A stretch of DNA of 64,000 bases from Setoptus koraiensis (taxonomy: Eukaryota; Animalia; Arthropoda), in contig CM106586.1 in assembly GCA_048013815.1 (NCBI GenBank), positions 23,188,001 to 23,252,000 on the forward strand. Reading direction: 5' to 3'. This document shows positions 1 to 14,000 of the stretch, piece by piece (the stretch's first letter is position 1; every line of letters begins with the position of its first letter). The notes under the pieces were generated by a model that made no database searches, had not been told where the DNA came from, and worked only from the letters and a program-made list of their open reading frames with translations. The translations under genes and the position numbers were made by a program.

Positions 1-1917
1 GAGTTAATCTTATTTGCTTCACATAACTTATCCTTGTATCTTTTGTGTGTGTCATTATCATAATTCACATCATTAGAGTAATGCAGCAGAATTTAGCTTT
101 CGATCGTTGGCTTCTATGTTGCCAATAGTCGCCACTTCTTATGATATAGGGGCGCTATTTGCAGCAGCACCACCACCAAACATAGCAATACATTCATCCA
201 TAGATTAGCTAGTTGCAGCTTTCACGTGATACTAGTTGAGTATTTACTAGTGAATATCATGAGTTGTTGCTGACCGCTAGCCACTACATGAAATTAGACA
301 AGGTCTCTCTGGTCAGCTGGAAACTAAATTGATTGAGTATAGTAGTAATCCAGTCGTAACATAGTCGTCATCAGCAACACAAGCATGAGTGTGAGCGTTG
401 GCGGATAATATCATGGTTCATGATATATAGTGCTTACCGTAAGGAGCCGACTACTTAGGAAATTCAGTTACATACTCTCAATCTTTCAGTGCAAGCTACC
501 ATTTGGTGCCTATATGTGCCTTACCGTTTGCTGTTAACGCTAGTCGCTACCGTTAGGTATAAGAGCGTATGTTTACATGAATATTCAGCATCGTGCCAAT
601 AGTTAATCTATTCAGTGGATATCTATAGCAGCTGATTAACTGACCATCCACTTATTGCCAACTAGAATCTTGCTCTGGTCACTGAGAGCGTCATTAAACG
701 GTGTCTCCCTTTGATCACGATCAACATAATTAACATCAGAAACGTTGGTTAGTTAGTTGCCTGTTAGTTGGGCAGCTCTAATAAAGACAAAAAAATCTAT
801 CCGCTTTCATGATTTGTCGCTACTCGAAATAGACTACGACCATAGTGGCTTGAACTTACCTATAAGCCAACAAAAGCCCAACTCGCACAACAGTATTAAT
901 TAATGTTAACGAAGCTTGCCAAATGGATTAGATTAGCTCGAATCGAGCTTACTAGAAACTACTGTTTGCTACCGCTATCAATAGTCAAAAATATCAACAA
1001 AATGCACTTGAAACAAACACGTTCGCATCGGCCATGAAACGCCCGAGGTCTCTCTTTCTGTGTGTGTGTTTATACAGTTTGTATAGGTATATGACAGTGC
1101 GGACAAAAACCACCCACTACTAGACCCACTGGCACTACCACCGCCAAATACGACTGGAACACTTTATTTACGACCGTCGTGATATACTTTATGCTAAATC
1201 ATAATCAATTAGAGCTTAATCAATGGGGCGCCCCAGATAGGTTCAACACTTGCCGTTGCTTTCTTTCCTACTCTTTCGCACTCGAATGCAAGCAATATCA
1301 TCTCTTTGCCTTTGGACATTCCTATTGACTTGCAATGATCAGTCTCAGACTGACTTAAGTGCTCAAGACGTCATAAATAAACTCAGTACGACAAGGCAAT
1401 TCAATTGGTGGTGGTGGTGAGATCGAAATGAATGGTCCTCAATCAATTTACACAAGACACTTCGACAAAATGAGAGGCTCAAGAAGTTAATAAGCAAACG
1501 AAAGTGCATGTACCTCTTTTAGTCACTAAGCTTCAAGTCGTCGTCAGTTCGTGCACACCTCAAATCAGTAATACTTTCCCATGAACACAATCCCAGCTAA
1601 GTACATCCTCATAGCAGCCTGAAATTTACAGCAAATTCAACGAATCGCTGTAAAGGACCTTTGACTAATTTGGAAACCGTGTTCCATCGACGAAACCTGA
1701 TGAAATGCAGATCAGTATGCGGCTTTGACCTTGATTCCCAGATTATACCAAGACCAAAACGAGAGAGAGAGAGAGAAAATGAAGTTGAAATTCGCAGAAT
1801 CTATGACAACACTAACACAACTCATTTATATATGTATATACATTTATACAGGGAAACACTACAATGTACAGGCACTATAACAGTTAGAACATTCGGATTG
1901 GATTTGCATTACAGATT

Positions 1918-3330
1918 CTAAGCGGTGCTCTCTTTCTCATCATCGTGCTTGTTAGCTTTTTCGAGCGGGGGAGGTTCTACGAAATATGGCAAACGACCTC
2001 GTTGCCAATCGTTGAGTACCATCTTGGAAACTGTGTTAACATCAGGTTGACCACCTTTGAGTAGTTTTCCTGTTCTCCTGCCGATCATCTCTAAGAAGTG
2101 ATTCGCATCTGTCCATTCGTCAATCTTGTAATGCTTTAACAAAAAGTCTTTATCAACGCGTCTCAGAAGCTCCGGTATGTGAGATTCTGGTTCTTGAATG
2201 TTTTCTACTCTGACAACATTCTTCAATACGATATCAGTGTCGGTTTCATCGTGCGGGTGTACAACTCCTGGACAGTCTATAAGATATATACCTTTCATCA
2301 GAGATATATATTGCCAAACTTTGGTTTCACCGGCAATTGGTGCGACATCGCAGACTTTTTTGGATTTTAACGCGTTGATCAAAGAGCTTTTACCAACATT
2401 CGGATAACCAACAATACCAACGCTTATTTGTTTCTTGTCGTCATGGAGCCGTGCAAACTGCCTCAGTAGTCCAAACAAATCTGCCTTACCAAATGGATGA
2501 GTCATTGATGCTCTGAATGACAAAGTGGGGTACTCTTTGGACAATATGCCTACCCAATTTTTGGTTACTTGAACAGGAACTAGATCACATTTGTTTAGCA
2601 CTATGACCAGATGTTTGAAAGGCTTTTCCTTCTTGAGATAAGTCTCTAGATACGTAGACCTTGTTCCCATCGGATCTCTCACGTCTACAACTTGAATTAG
2701 CACATCGGACGAGTCGATAACTTTGAACAGTTCATTATATATTCTCTTAGATTGGCCAGCCTTCAAAAGAGGATCTCGCTTTTCATCTTTGAATTCCATT
2801 TCTCTCTTTTCCACTTGAGAGCCTAATTGGAAGTCATCCTCTTCGTTATATTTGGCTTGTTTTTGTTCGGCATCGTTGACAAGATCAGCATAATCATGCG
2901 CCTTGATATTTGGCCTTTTTCGTTTGGCCTTCTGGCCGAAAGTCTTATCGAAGGGCTGAGTTTCTAGTACGTGCATTCTAGAGTGTTTGGCACGTTCATT
3001 CAATAGTGTGACAGGCAGCTTAGTTGGCTTGAGAACGACCTGAGTGGGATCTTTGATAGTTTTTGTTAATTCTTCTTGAAACTTTTGCAAAGCATCCTGT
3101 GTGACAGTTCTTGTGTTACCGAACCACTTTTGGTTGGGTGCTATTCTGGCCACAGTGCCACTCTTATGATATGACTGATGTACTGCAGGCTTGATGATTT
3201 TTCCTTTAGAATTTCTAATGGGTTTGCCGCCTTTGTACATCATCAACCGTTTGATGGTGGCCTTGTCACGAAGGTTTGTTTCGCCCTTCTTCCTGGGCCG
3301 GTCGACATTTAGGCTGTGATTACTGGGCAT
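1918..3330 (-). CDS. GNL2: Nucleolar GTP-binding protein 2 (NOG2/GNL2), intronless, 470 aa
   Basis: N-terminal NGP1NT-type region ([26 protein letters not shown]); circularly permuted GTPase motifs G4 NKCD, G1 GYPNVGKS, G3 DCPG; C-terminal [11 protein letters not shown]. Confidence 0.95.
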   Translation of the reverse strand: MPSNHSLNVDRPRKKGETNLRDKATIKRLMMYKGGKPIRNSKGKIIKPAVHQSYHKSGTVARIAPNQKWFGNTRTVTQDALQKFQEELTKTIKDPTQVVLKPTKLPVTLLNERAKHSRMHVLETQPFDKTFGQKAKRKRPNIKAHDYADLVNDAEQKQAKYNEEDDFQLGSQVEKREMEFKDEKRDPLLKAGQSKRIYNELFKVIDSSDVLIQVVDVRDPMGTRSTYLETYLKKEKPFKHLVIVLNKCDLVPVQVTKNWVGILSKEYPTLSFRASMTHPFGKADLFGLLRQFARLHDDKKQISVGIVGYPNVGKSSLINALKSKKVCDVAPIAGETKVWQYISLMKGIYLIDCPGVVHPHDETDTDIVLKNVVRVENIQEPESHIPELLRRVDKDFLLKHYKIDEWTDANHFLEMIGRRTGKLLKGGQPDVNTVSKMVLNDWQRGRLPYFVEPPPLEKANKHDDEKESTA

Positions 3331-4232
3331 CTTGGTTGTTACGATTCAAAATTAATTAATTAAATTATAATCTAACATATATTTGAATATTTATGTATGT
3401 ATGCATGCATACTTCATTAGTGTAAAATATTGGAGAAGGATATCAAAAATTTTCACTTTAGATTCGAATCTGGCATGACAGAATTAAAAAACCACGTTAC
3501 TTCATTTTCACGCATGCGCACTCAGACAGCGCCGGGATTCAAAAGTGAGAGGCCCGCGCTAGCTGAGGCTGCCATTGGCATTATTTTAACGGCAAATTAA
3601 TGAGGTCGGCTAATTGTGCCAGTAATCAACCGAATCGAACAGTCAAAAGTGAATCTCTTTTGTCGCAATACTTATTCTATTAATATGCATGGTCGCACAA
3701 ACGATCACAAATGATCCAACAAACGCCCTGGCCATTGAAACCTCATGAATCAATTTTGCTACTACCATTGTATTTATATTATTTCCTGGGCTAAGCTATT
3801 TTTGTTGTGGGTGAAGCTATTCAGCAACTCGCCTCCGACGTAAATATTTAATGGTATGAGTATGGGGCCAGTAGATGATAATTGGACCCTCAAGGCCAGT
3901 CGCCTGACGCGACTACAAAGAATTGATAAATTGCTGGACATTGAGGACACTAATGTGTTCTGCGCTGACCATTAATAGACAAAAATACTTCGGTTTCGAA
4001 TGCATAGACCTGCCGAGAATTGTTATCTTGTTCAGACTTTATTGACTTAGTCGAAAAGAAAGAAAGAGAAATTACATAATAATAGAGCTCGCTCGGTCGA
4101 CTTAAATAAATGGCCTCTGGCTCTCATTCTGTAGGTATGATCTAATGTTTGTGTGTGTGAGTGACATTCCGATGGCCACACAATAAACGAACAAACAAAT
4201 AAAATATCTCATCTATCATACAAGTGCTATTG

Positions 4233-7200
4233 TCATATTGAGGTACCTTCTAGCACTTTGCTTGAGACCGTAGTGGTAGTTGCATTGTTGTTGCTTGCTG
4301 TTGTTGTGTAGCTACTCTCCTCCGATACTAGCAGCTCGTATTCCTCTGCGGCATACCTGTCCCAATCGGATATAACAACACCGTCTTTAGTGGCATCCCT
4401 TGCCGAGGCAAATTCCCTAGACTCATGTTCTAAGTATTTCTCCAGATTAATAAATGTATCGAAGAAAATGGGCGTCATTCGACTTCTTTTGAGATCTGAC
4501 AATGTTATCTTATTTGGTATATTTGGATTGACTAAATCTAATATCTGACAAGCACAATCTTGGAAGGGAAACGCCTCTATACCCATTAATTCTAGACGTT
4601 TCATTTGCTCATAGTAAAAATATTCCATTTCATACATGGATATGAAGCCATCGCCATCTAGATCCATTAATCTAAACCAATATTCTATACTTCTCGGATG
4701 CTTTTTATCCTCTTCGGCTATAAGAAACCAAACAAATTCAGTGTAACTCAATTTACCTGTTCTAGCCACCTCCCTAGATACAATACCCATAAATATTCTG
4801 TCGATTATTCTGGACGATATAGCGGCATCATTGTGTCTGGCAAGATCATCTTTACTAATCAGGAGATCATGATCTTGGTCTAATGTCCAAAATTTACAAT
4901 AAATCACATAGAAATGTTCATAGCTAAAATAATCAGTTATCTGATTGATATCCTCCTCTTGGCTCAATACGGACAATACCGGCAAAAGGTTACTCCTTCT
5001 TAATTCGCTTAATGATATCTTCCCTGTCCAACTTCTGTTGATACAAAAGAATATACGCGCTACAACAGTTTGTATGTAGCGCATGTGGAAATCTGGCGCC
5101 GCTCTCAAGAATGACAATCCCGGATGATCTTCGATGATTGATTGTAATAGAGGCACAAAATCTTCGGGTATCAAGTATTTGCGCTGGCCAAGAGTTAATA
5201 TGTGAACGAAACGCGACGCGGCATCATTGCACGAACTAATCACTCTGATAATTTTACACAGTTTAGACGACAAGAGAGATAGTTTTGAATTAGAATCTCG
5301 GGTTTTGCACAGGTCATCATATTAATCAAGAGAGATATCATGACTTAAGGGCGCCTGGTTGCACTTACTTTCTCCAACAAACTAAAAATTGATCACAGGT
5401 AATGAAATTCTGGTTTCCCGATGATTCGAGCGCCGCCGAACCCGTGTCGAAGCTAGCGGCCTTTTTGAGCGTTCGAAAGGTTCTCTTTTCGCCATTGTTA
5501 CCGGTGCCCTTTGTATTCATTTCCTTCAACTGATGCATCACATACAGGTAAAGAGGCTCCTTGTAGTACTCGGACAATCCGCACGCCAGTGCAATGGTGT
5601 GGAAGTTTCGGTTTCTACTTGGTCCAACAAGGGCTGCCCTTCGTTCGGGAAACTTGTTAAAACAAGCCGCGATGTTCTTATTCTGAATCTCTATCTCGTA
5701 TGTGTTAGGTTTTCCATTTGGATGATAGAATCTAGGTATTTTCTGGCTAGTGTTTATTGTACCGCTTGTTTGACTTGAGCGTCGCCTCAAACTGGTTCGT
5801 CTCAATAACAAGTTGCCTGTTTCGGCCTATGATGAACAGAACGACGACAAACAATCAAATCAAAGATGAAGAATTAATTAATGTTTCCAATATGTAACAT
5901 GATTGTGGCACAAACGAATATGCTTCTGCAACTCACCTGGTTCAAATTGGCATTATCAGATGCCAACGACACTCTAGATTTGTATGTTTGTTTGCTGCTT
6001 TGCTCTGTTGTTGAGGAATATTGGCTGCTTAGGGAACCATCGTCGCTCGAGCCATCTGATTTGCTGGTATCGTAATCGATGACGAAATTATTGTCATCGC
6101 TTGGACTCTTTTCAAATTGTTGAACACGCTCTAAAACGGAGCCCCTGGCCAATAATTGTTTGACGGAACTTTTGGATGATGCTTGCGCAGTGGACGATGA
6201 TGATAAACCTGAATTGCCACCTAGCCATTGACTATCGACACTAGACACTGACCAGGAACTTAATAAGGTCTTTTTACCTAAACTACGCTGACGTCTATTA
6301 TTGGCCGATATAAACGGCTCTCCTTCTTCCCATTTTTCGCGTGCCTTACTCACGTTGACTTGTTTAGGTGGCTTGAAGCTAGATACGATACTAGGCAGAG
6401 AATTGAGCGATTGCTTATTGATATTGTTTGGATGTTTGGGCGAATCATAAATTCTAGATTTTGCATTTGTTACAACAGAAGATTTAATCGACGATGTTGT
6501 CTGACGGGGTGGCGGAGGAATATTAAATTGCAACCTTGGCGATGGGGCCGGATTGATAGTTATAGAAGCTGTTGAGGCAGAAGAAGAAGAAGTAGAATCA
6601 TCTCTCTTATTAGTGGCGATTGTAGTCGCATCATCGAAACTTGATGATTTTATCAGACCCTTATTTGATTTAGGTGACTCTTGTTGAGAAATTGTAGTTT
6701 TTTGGTTGCCACTGTTGGTTGCAGTATCTTCTTGTGACCTTTCTTTTGTCACTTTCGGAACAGAGATTTTGCTACTGCTGTTGCTGCTGATTTTATTAGT
6801 TGAACCATTGATTGATGATGGAATAGATGATGGTGTGTCTGTTGTGGCAGAAACCTTTTTCTTTTGGCCTGTTCTATCTTCTTTATCTTCACTACCACTA
6901 ACATCACCACTGTCATCTGCTGCTGATGATTTTGTTAGCACCTTTCTTCTCACAACTCTTCGAGTTTTTGTGGCTGTTGATGAATTAGGACTAGGATCTC
7001 TAGTACTCGTCTTTGACTTGGTCTCAGATCCGTCAGGATTTGCAACAGTGTCATCACTACTGGACACTGGCGACTTCTTAGTCAAGACCTTCTTCCTGTC
7101 ATGGCTGCTAGATCTAGGCTCACGGCTCTTAGCAGTATCGTCTTTAGAGGTGGAAATTTCCTGCTTTTATTAGAGTATTAGATTAGAATACATTCGAATG

Positions 7201-7911
7201 CAGAGGATAAATGAATGTTCAATGATCGCATCGCCATCATGCAAACAATTAGTTGGAATTTTTTGTCTATAATCAACTTACAACTTGTGGTTTGGTGTGA
7301 GAGCTACCGTATTTTAAGGGCCTCGATACAGTTCCACTCGCGGTGGTCGAGGTTGTTGTTGGGCTAATTTGGCTTGTAGACTCTGTTTTGCTTGGCACTG
7401 AACAGGCGGAAGTCTTGGCGGGCGAAACTAACGATTCACCTGTTGCTTTTGGCTCAACTAGATTTCGTTCTGGCTGAGATTGTTGTTGCGACGAAGCAAA
7501 ACTTGATTGAGTGCTAACGATTGACTCATTTCCGCTTCGCTTTTCAGCATATTGATCGTGTTTTGTTTTGTTTGTTCTAGAATTCAGACCGAACACTAGC
7601 CTGTTCTTTTGTATTTCCGAAGTGTTTCTGGCAGTCATGGTCATGTCTTGCTGTTGCTGGCGTTGCTGCTGTTGAGCCGTTGAGTTGCAGTCGCTGGCTG
7701 TATCAGTTCTCGATCTCATTCCTTGTTTATCGGACGATGATGAATAAACATTTGTATCTTTTGTTGCTGTTATTGTCGCTTGCTTAATGTCGCTGTTCGT
7801 TGTAGTTTCATGACAACTATCTAATGGCTGCTGGGCTGTGTTTTTATCTTTAACTTGTTTACTGTTGCTTCTGCTGCTGGTGCCAAAAACGTTATTATTA
7901 CAATGTTTCAT
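4233..7911 (-). CDS. PPP2R3A: PP2A regulatory subunit B'' (PR72/PR130-like), long N-terminal form, ~1107 aa, 4 exons
   Basis: Exons 7911-7282, 7160-5937, 5826-5369, 5244-4233 joined by GT-AG introns of 121, 110 and 124 nt (phases 0,0,2) give one open frame. Motifs IPRFYHPNG, HPGLSFL, YEHFYVIYCKFWTLD, EF-hands DQDHDLLISKDD and DLDGDGFISMYE. Long Ser/Thr-rich N-terminus. The paralogue label (A vs B) is not resolvable. Confidence 0.85.
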
Positions 7912-9211
7912 ATCAACAAAACAAACAAACTGTGTCCTCTTTTTCTTCCTCTACTCTCTTGTTACTGTGTGAACTCTTGATTGCTCACAATGATGTGTCG
8001 CGCGTGGCTTTTTTTTATTTTATAGTTGGTTGGTGTTGGATGCATTCGTCAAATGTGATGGACACAGTGACAAGTGATGATCAAGTAGCTGTAGTTGATT
8101 ATGATTGCATAAATGTGAATATAAATATAAAATGTTTGCCCGCATAGTTTATTGTTATTATTATACAAGTATTTAGTTGTTCTTTTCTTCACATTGATCA
8201 CATTGAGCAAGCAACACCTCTACACATGTGTATCAATCTATATTTACCTAGTTGTTATTCTTTGCATCGGACTGAACTGAACTGAACACTGTGTAGTTGA
8301 GTTATTTTTGTTTGAGGAAAACAAGCATAGCCTCGCTTGAATCCAGTGATCGATGATACTAGCCAGCCAGTCAGTCAGCCAGCCAGACAACAATGAGTGT
8401 GTCGCATCTTATTCTTAAATCTATAACAATATACATGTACACCATGAATCAGCTAGAATCACACAATGTAATGCACACGAAGGTTGAGGTTATCACTTTG
8501 ACCCCCTTTCTCTCTTGCTCGCTTTATTATGTCTGAACCGAACGATATATAACTCCAATCAGCTAGTATTCAATGTGTTATTATGTAATTATTCAATAGT
8601 GATGATTTATATCAATTCGTTCGTTTAAGTTGGCTTTTGTTGTTGTTGTCGTTGTTGTTGCCGCTGCTACTACTGTTGCTGTTGCATATTAATGCACATG
8701 TAGATAAATGTCCAACAGATGAAATGCCTATTGCTCCGACAAATTTGCTCATTTTAGCTAGAATTTCAATTAGTAGTCAGTTCAATTATCAGTTCAGTCA
8801 GTAAGCTATTTGTTTTGTTTGCTGCTGCTGCTTGTGCATATTCCGTGCATCTCACACACTCCAAACTAACAGTAACAGTAATAATAATAATAATAATAAT
8901 AGTAATAACAATAATGGTAATAGTAAAAACTGGAAAGTGAAAACTATTTCACCATTCAACTCGGCAAATCATCTCGAACGAGCCTCTCCCTCTCTGTCTC
9001 CGTCTCGATGATTATGATAATGCCACCATTATTACATGGTGATTCGAGTTGCTAACTCCGCTATATCCAATCAGTGAGAGTTCGCGTACCATCTCCATCA
9101 TGATAATACTGAAACCCACTTCTATAGAGCCAATGATATTAGAATAGATAGATGATGGCGTGGGCGAGAGAATGAGAATTCTTCTTTTAACTGCATTATT
9201 TGCATTATTTG

Positions 9212-9271
9212 CATCATGCAACATCATGCAACATCATGCAACATCATGCAACAACAGAAGAACATCATGCA
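9212..9271. repeat. 10-bp tandem repeat (CATCATGCAA)x4 plus one displaced copy
   Basis: catcatgcaa repeated 9212-9251, another copy at 9262-9271. Confidence 0.85.
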
Positions 9272-10660
9272 ATGAGAGACAGAGACATGGAAGAAAACTC
9301 AACTAGCGAGTGGGTAAACGCATCCAGCGTAGGCGGCAAACTCTATATGCCATCTGCCTATCAATCTACATGTACCTAGCGACCATGCACATAGCGACTT
9401 CCACTTCGCCAATATACTTGCGCTTACTAGTGGCAACACCTTGTAAATGGTGGAAGCAAACAGACAGCAGAGAGCGTAAATGTTAAAAAGAGCCAAGCTT
9501 GTTTGCAAACCGTTGCCTAGTTTAATAATGATGATTCTCTAGACATCTTGTGTCTAGATGAGCGTTAGCGCCAGCGCCAGTCTCAGCCAATCTTGTCGCA
9601 ACGACTATAGTAGTTTGCGGTGCTTGCTTCTTCTTTTGCCCCTAAGTAATTAATTCATTATACATACACATATGGAGCAACAACAGCAACTAAACCAGAC
9701 TATGCTGTAGAGATCAAATTGAGAATAGACAACAAGCTTTAGCAGCTAGACTCTTCTATAAGATAGAGAGCATTTACTGACATGATAGCAGTCAGCTCGC
9801 GAAGAGGAGGAAGCATGCGTTTCTTCCTTTATTTTACTCATTCTCATTTATATTCAAGTTGTATTTATCTACAATAGCAGGCACAACACACATCAACTTG
9901 ATAAAATAAAATGCTGCCTGACATGAGACAAGAGATGTGGCGACTCGGGCGAATTGGGCAACTATGATTATTAATATTATTGCGACAATGTTGTTTTTGT
10001 TGATGCTGTTGTCGGATTTACAGATGAAATGACGATATAGGCTCTATGTAGACATCATTAGACTACCACTGTAAATAATCCGAGATGAGCTATGATTCCA
10101 ATGAATGTGTGATCGACAATGATTTTCAGCAACAACAACAATCTTGTATTCTACGTCGCTATCTCAAAATGATCTATCCAATATATGCCATCTATACACA
10201 CAATAATAACCATGTTATACGTTCTGGCGAGATAAGTGTAAAGAGCCTTGTCTGAAAATGATTATGTATACACCATTTAATATATAACTGTTTATAGTGT
10301 AAAGCTACAGCATAAGTCCGATGACAATCCCAACGAGAATTAACGCTGTCTCAGCATCAAGTGATGTCCGACACGAGACATGAGGCACCAATGTGTCTAT
10401 GCATATTCACTCTCTCGATCTCTATATATATTTAGTTGTGTGGCATGTTGAAAGACACAGATAAAAGAGTGAATGTGAACAGGCTAATTGTGTTTGTTTA
10501 GTAAGTGAGACCGTTATTCCGTTCCATTCAAATAGTTACATAAGCTCATCTTATCGAACTATGCAAGATGCTTGCACAAAAAGATCGCACATGAATTTTG
10601 TGAGCCTTGTACTTTTCAAGAAAACGTGCCGGTATTGTCTTTTCATTCGATGTATCTTTC

Positions 10661-10665
<5 letters not shown>

Positions 10666-10697
<32 letters not shown>
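10666..10697. repeat. (CT)16 microsatellite
   Basis: Perfect dinucleotide run. Confidence 0.95.
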
Positions 10698-10698
<1 letters not shown>

Positions 10699-10969
10699 GC
10701 GGATCGATTATCCAAGAAAAAAAAGCTAAATAAATCGTAGCTCGCTGAAAAGAGGCAGTCGAGATTTTATCATCTGGAACCGTTTCAGCACTCAGCATTA
10801 ATCGTTGAGTGATAGAGCTAGACCACCGTGATGATGACCAATACTGTCGAACGGTCCGTTTTTCACGAATACCCGCGAAATTCGCTCCACTGTACTACTT
10901 CAAGCGAGAGGTTGCTGGTAGCTGATCGTTGCAGTGTATTTGACACTTCAACAACCTCGCAGACAGTTC

Positions 10970-10973
<4 letters not shown>

Positions 10974-11021
<48 letters not shown>
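10974..11021. repeat. (AC)24 microsatellite
   Basis: Perfect dinucleotide run. Confidence 0.95.
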
Positions 11022-11023
<2 letters not shown>

Positions 11024-14000
11024 ATTAGTTAGTTAGTACACATATTATCACAAAATTGTACCACTAATTGTCTCAAGGAAAATTATTACCGAACGATGTC
11101 TACACCTATCAAATAATCCCTATAATATTGATCTCGCAAACAATAATACAGTTGTCACATTTTTGCATCTCTCTACTGACTAATGATACAGTTCGGAATC
11201 CTAATCAGACAGTCGATTACGAATTATCCGATGACATTGTAGAGAGTGGGGCAAAGATCTTTGGACCCACTATATTCAGCGCGATTGTTGATCAACAAAA
11301 TGGCGACCGCAAGTACATGCCTCCGATGCCAGCTTTGTTCGGCAAAAGTGTTGTGGCTAGGCATCGACTAGAGAGTAGACCAGAATTTATCACAAAACCG
11401 TTTTAGATTTGTCTTTTGGATTCTTGTGAACCTCTCGTATCTCTTGTGACAGTGACCGCAGGTCGACCTAGCAAGGAAGATCTAATGACCAGACCAGATT
11501 CATTGGGTTTCGGTGTGAGCAATTATAAGGACGCAACCTTGGTAGATGCAGATGATAAACATGCTCGCTCGTAATTTGTTGGAATTTTTAAAAGTCAGAT
11601 CTAGACAAGTCAATTACAGCGACACACAAATTATATACAATCAGCACATTCTGGTGGCTTGCAAGAAGATCAGAGAATCATTCAGAGGCCGTCTTGAGGC
11701 TCGCGTATCACCATTGATGGCAACACGTTGCGGAGTGAGAGTTCAGACAGGCACCATAACAAGCAATCTATTTTGGATTGAAGGTCCTTATCAAAAGAGA
11801 GTGGAATTCCGTCACTATTCAACATAGTATAGCACTTAAGCAGAATGGCTGACTGGCTCGAAAAGAATGGGCCTAAGATGATCCTTAAGTTGGTGGGATG
11901 CAAATATCCAGACCTCCCTTTATTGTTCGGTTACCCAGAGCAACGAACTTAGTTTTAGCGAATTGATAGTATACCTTCGATGCTAAGCTAATATTATCAT
12001 TATCCTAGACTGTATTTGCATACCCCAAGTTGAGATGCCTAACGTGGATATTTTTCTGTTGTACCCTCGGTGGTATCATTTTTCTTTGGTTAGTTTATCT
12101 CCAGTTGTTGGAGTTTCCCAGCATTGATTGGCGCTCTTAGTTAAGTTTAAGTTCTATTTCTGTTGATTCAGTTTGTTGTTCTTATCCTTCTTTATATAAT
12201 AGACCCACAGCGCGCTATATACAATATATCTAGAGGTAGCAAATACTCAACACAAAACCATTTGCTAATTTTGTCGCAATTCTATTCTGGTTCGTTGGAA
12301 AAAAAATGAATGGCAGTGGACTCTAAATAACAACTGTCCAACCGTGTTTAGCCTATCCTATCTTTCCGAAATACCATTGTAACTTTACTTTACAGAAGTC
12401 TGATGGAATTTGATACCCTGTATTCTTGCCCTATCATCAGATAGATCTTTAGTGAGCTTTGTAAATCGCGTTTGGTTTCGTGCCTAATCAAAGCGAAGCC
12501 ACTTGGTGCTAGCTGATTTTTCTCAAGTTGTACGTGCCAGACAATGATACACAAACATAGATAAATGTATCAATATTATAACATGTTATATGTGAGAGAA
12601 TTTTTACTTCATATGAAGGCGAATGTGGTGGAGATATGTGCACAAGATAAGCGCTAACAATTGCGAGTTTGCATCAGCCAATAGATATGACTATTGTGTT
12701 TGCACACTATCTATCAATAGTAAATATGAGTATGATGATGCTTACAAAACAGTACGAGTTTCCCAAGACTTGAGAGTATCCAATAGAATAGCAACGACTA
12801 TGACGACAATAGTTGATCATAACAACTATGACGAAATGCCCTTATTTTGTTAAGCTTGATTGTGGTGCATAATGGTGATAATTATCAATTAACGATTCTA
12901 ATCTAGATGGCACTGCCGATGACAATACAAACAGTAGATAATTATCCCGTAGAATGTCTAATTTAGGTATGACATCACAAGTGTTTGATGATTGAGCTGG
13001 CGATTATTCTATTGGTGATCGACTCAAAGTTGAAATTGTCACTTTATTCGAAGTGAAAATCAGTTATCGGTGTGGCGATGTGTTATGGTTGCAAAAGCAA
13101 ATGTTGCTGTCATGTTGTTGTTTTCATGGTTGTGTGGTTGTACGGGACAAATGTGAGCCTATATCGGTGTACATGTACACCGATTTATTGGACAATAAAT
13201 TGTCGTAATAATACATTTAATGAATACTCCAATGAGTTATCAGATAGGATATCCTGTGATGGGGATAGAATGACGCTTTTTGTATCATGTGGTATAATGC
13301 GAGCCGAAATAAATGTGGATTAAAAAATAAATGAAAAATTAGTTTGCGCCTGGGTTGTCCATTGGATATTGATCATTTGGAAGAGGCGCCCACGATGTCC
13401 TTTTGTCTGGCTCGGCCCGCTTTAGTAACTAGACTGTCTAGTTGCAGTGTGTGCAGTTCTACTGCTGCATGATCAAGTAACAATAGTCATGGAAAGACTG
13501 CAAATTGAATTTTTGGCGCAACATTCCATTAGTTCGACAATCGAATACCCTCGCTAATGGTGTGCCAATTGGGTAGTGTCGAGCCCCCTCGTCCCCCTCA
13601 ACCGCAGCCACGTAACTTGTGGCCAACACACAACTTTTCAATCGTCAGCAACAGTGCGTTTGTGCGTCGAACATTCTCGCGTTGTATCATAAGTACTGTA
13701 CTTGTGTAATGTTGTTCAACAACAAAATCTTGTTTGTTTATTTTATTGTGTGTGAATTAACACTGCAAATGTAGTATGAATGTGCTAATAATACTTAATG
13801 GCCACCTTGTAACTAGCGATTGTTGATTAATTTACTGTGTGTATGAGATTGTTGTTGCTGTTGTTGTTGTCTGATAAAAAGTTACTCCATGAAGCAATAT
13901 CGTAATAAACCAATCAAGCTCCTCCCATATCAAATTCTCAACTGGCACCAATGACAGACTATAGCTATTTAGCCGACCAATATTTCTATAATATACCAAT

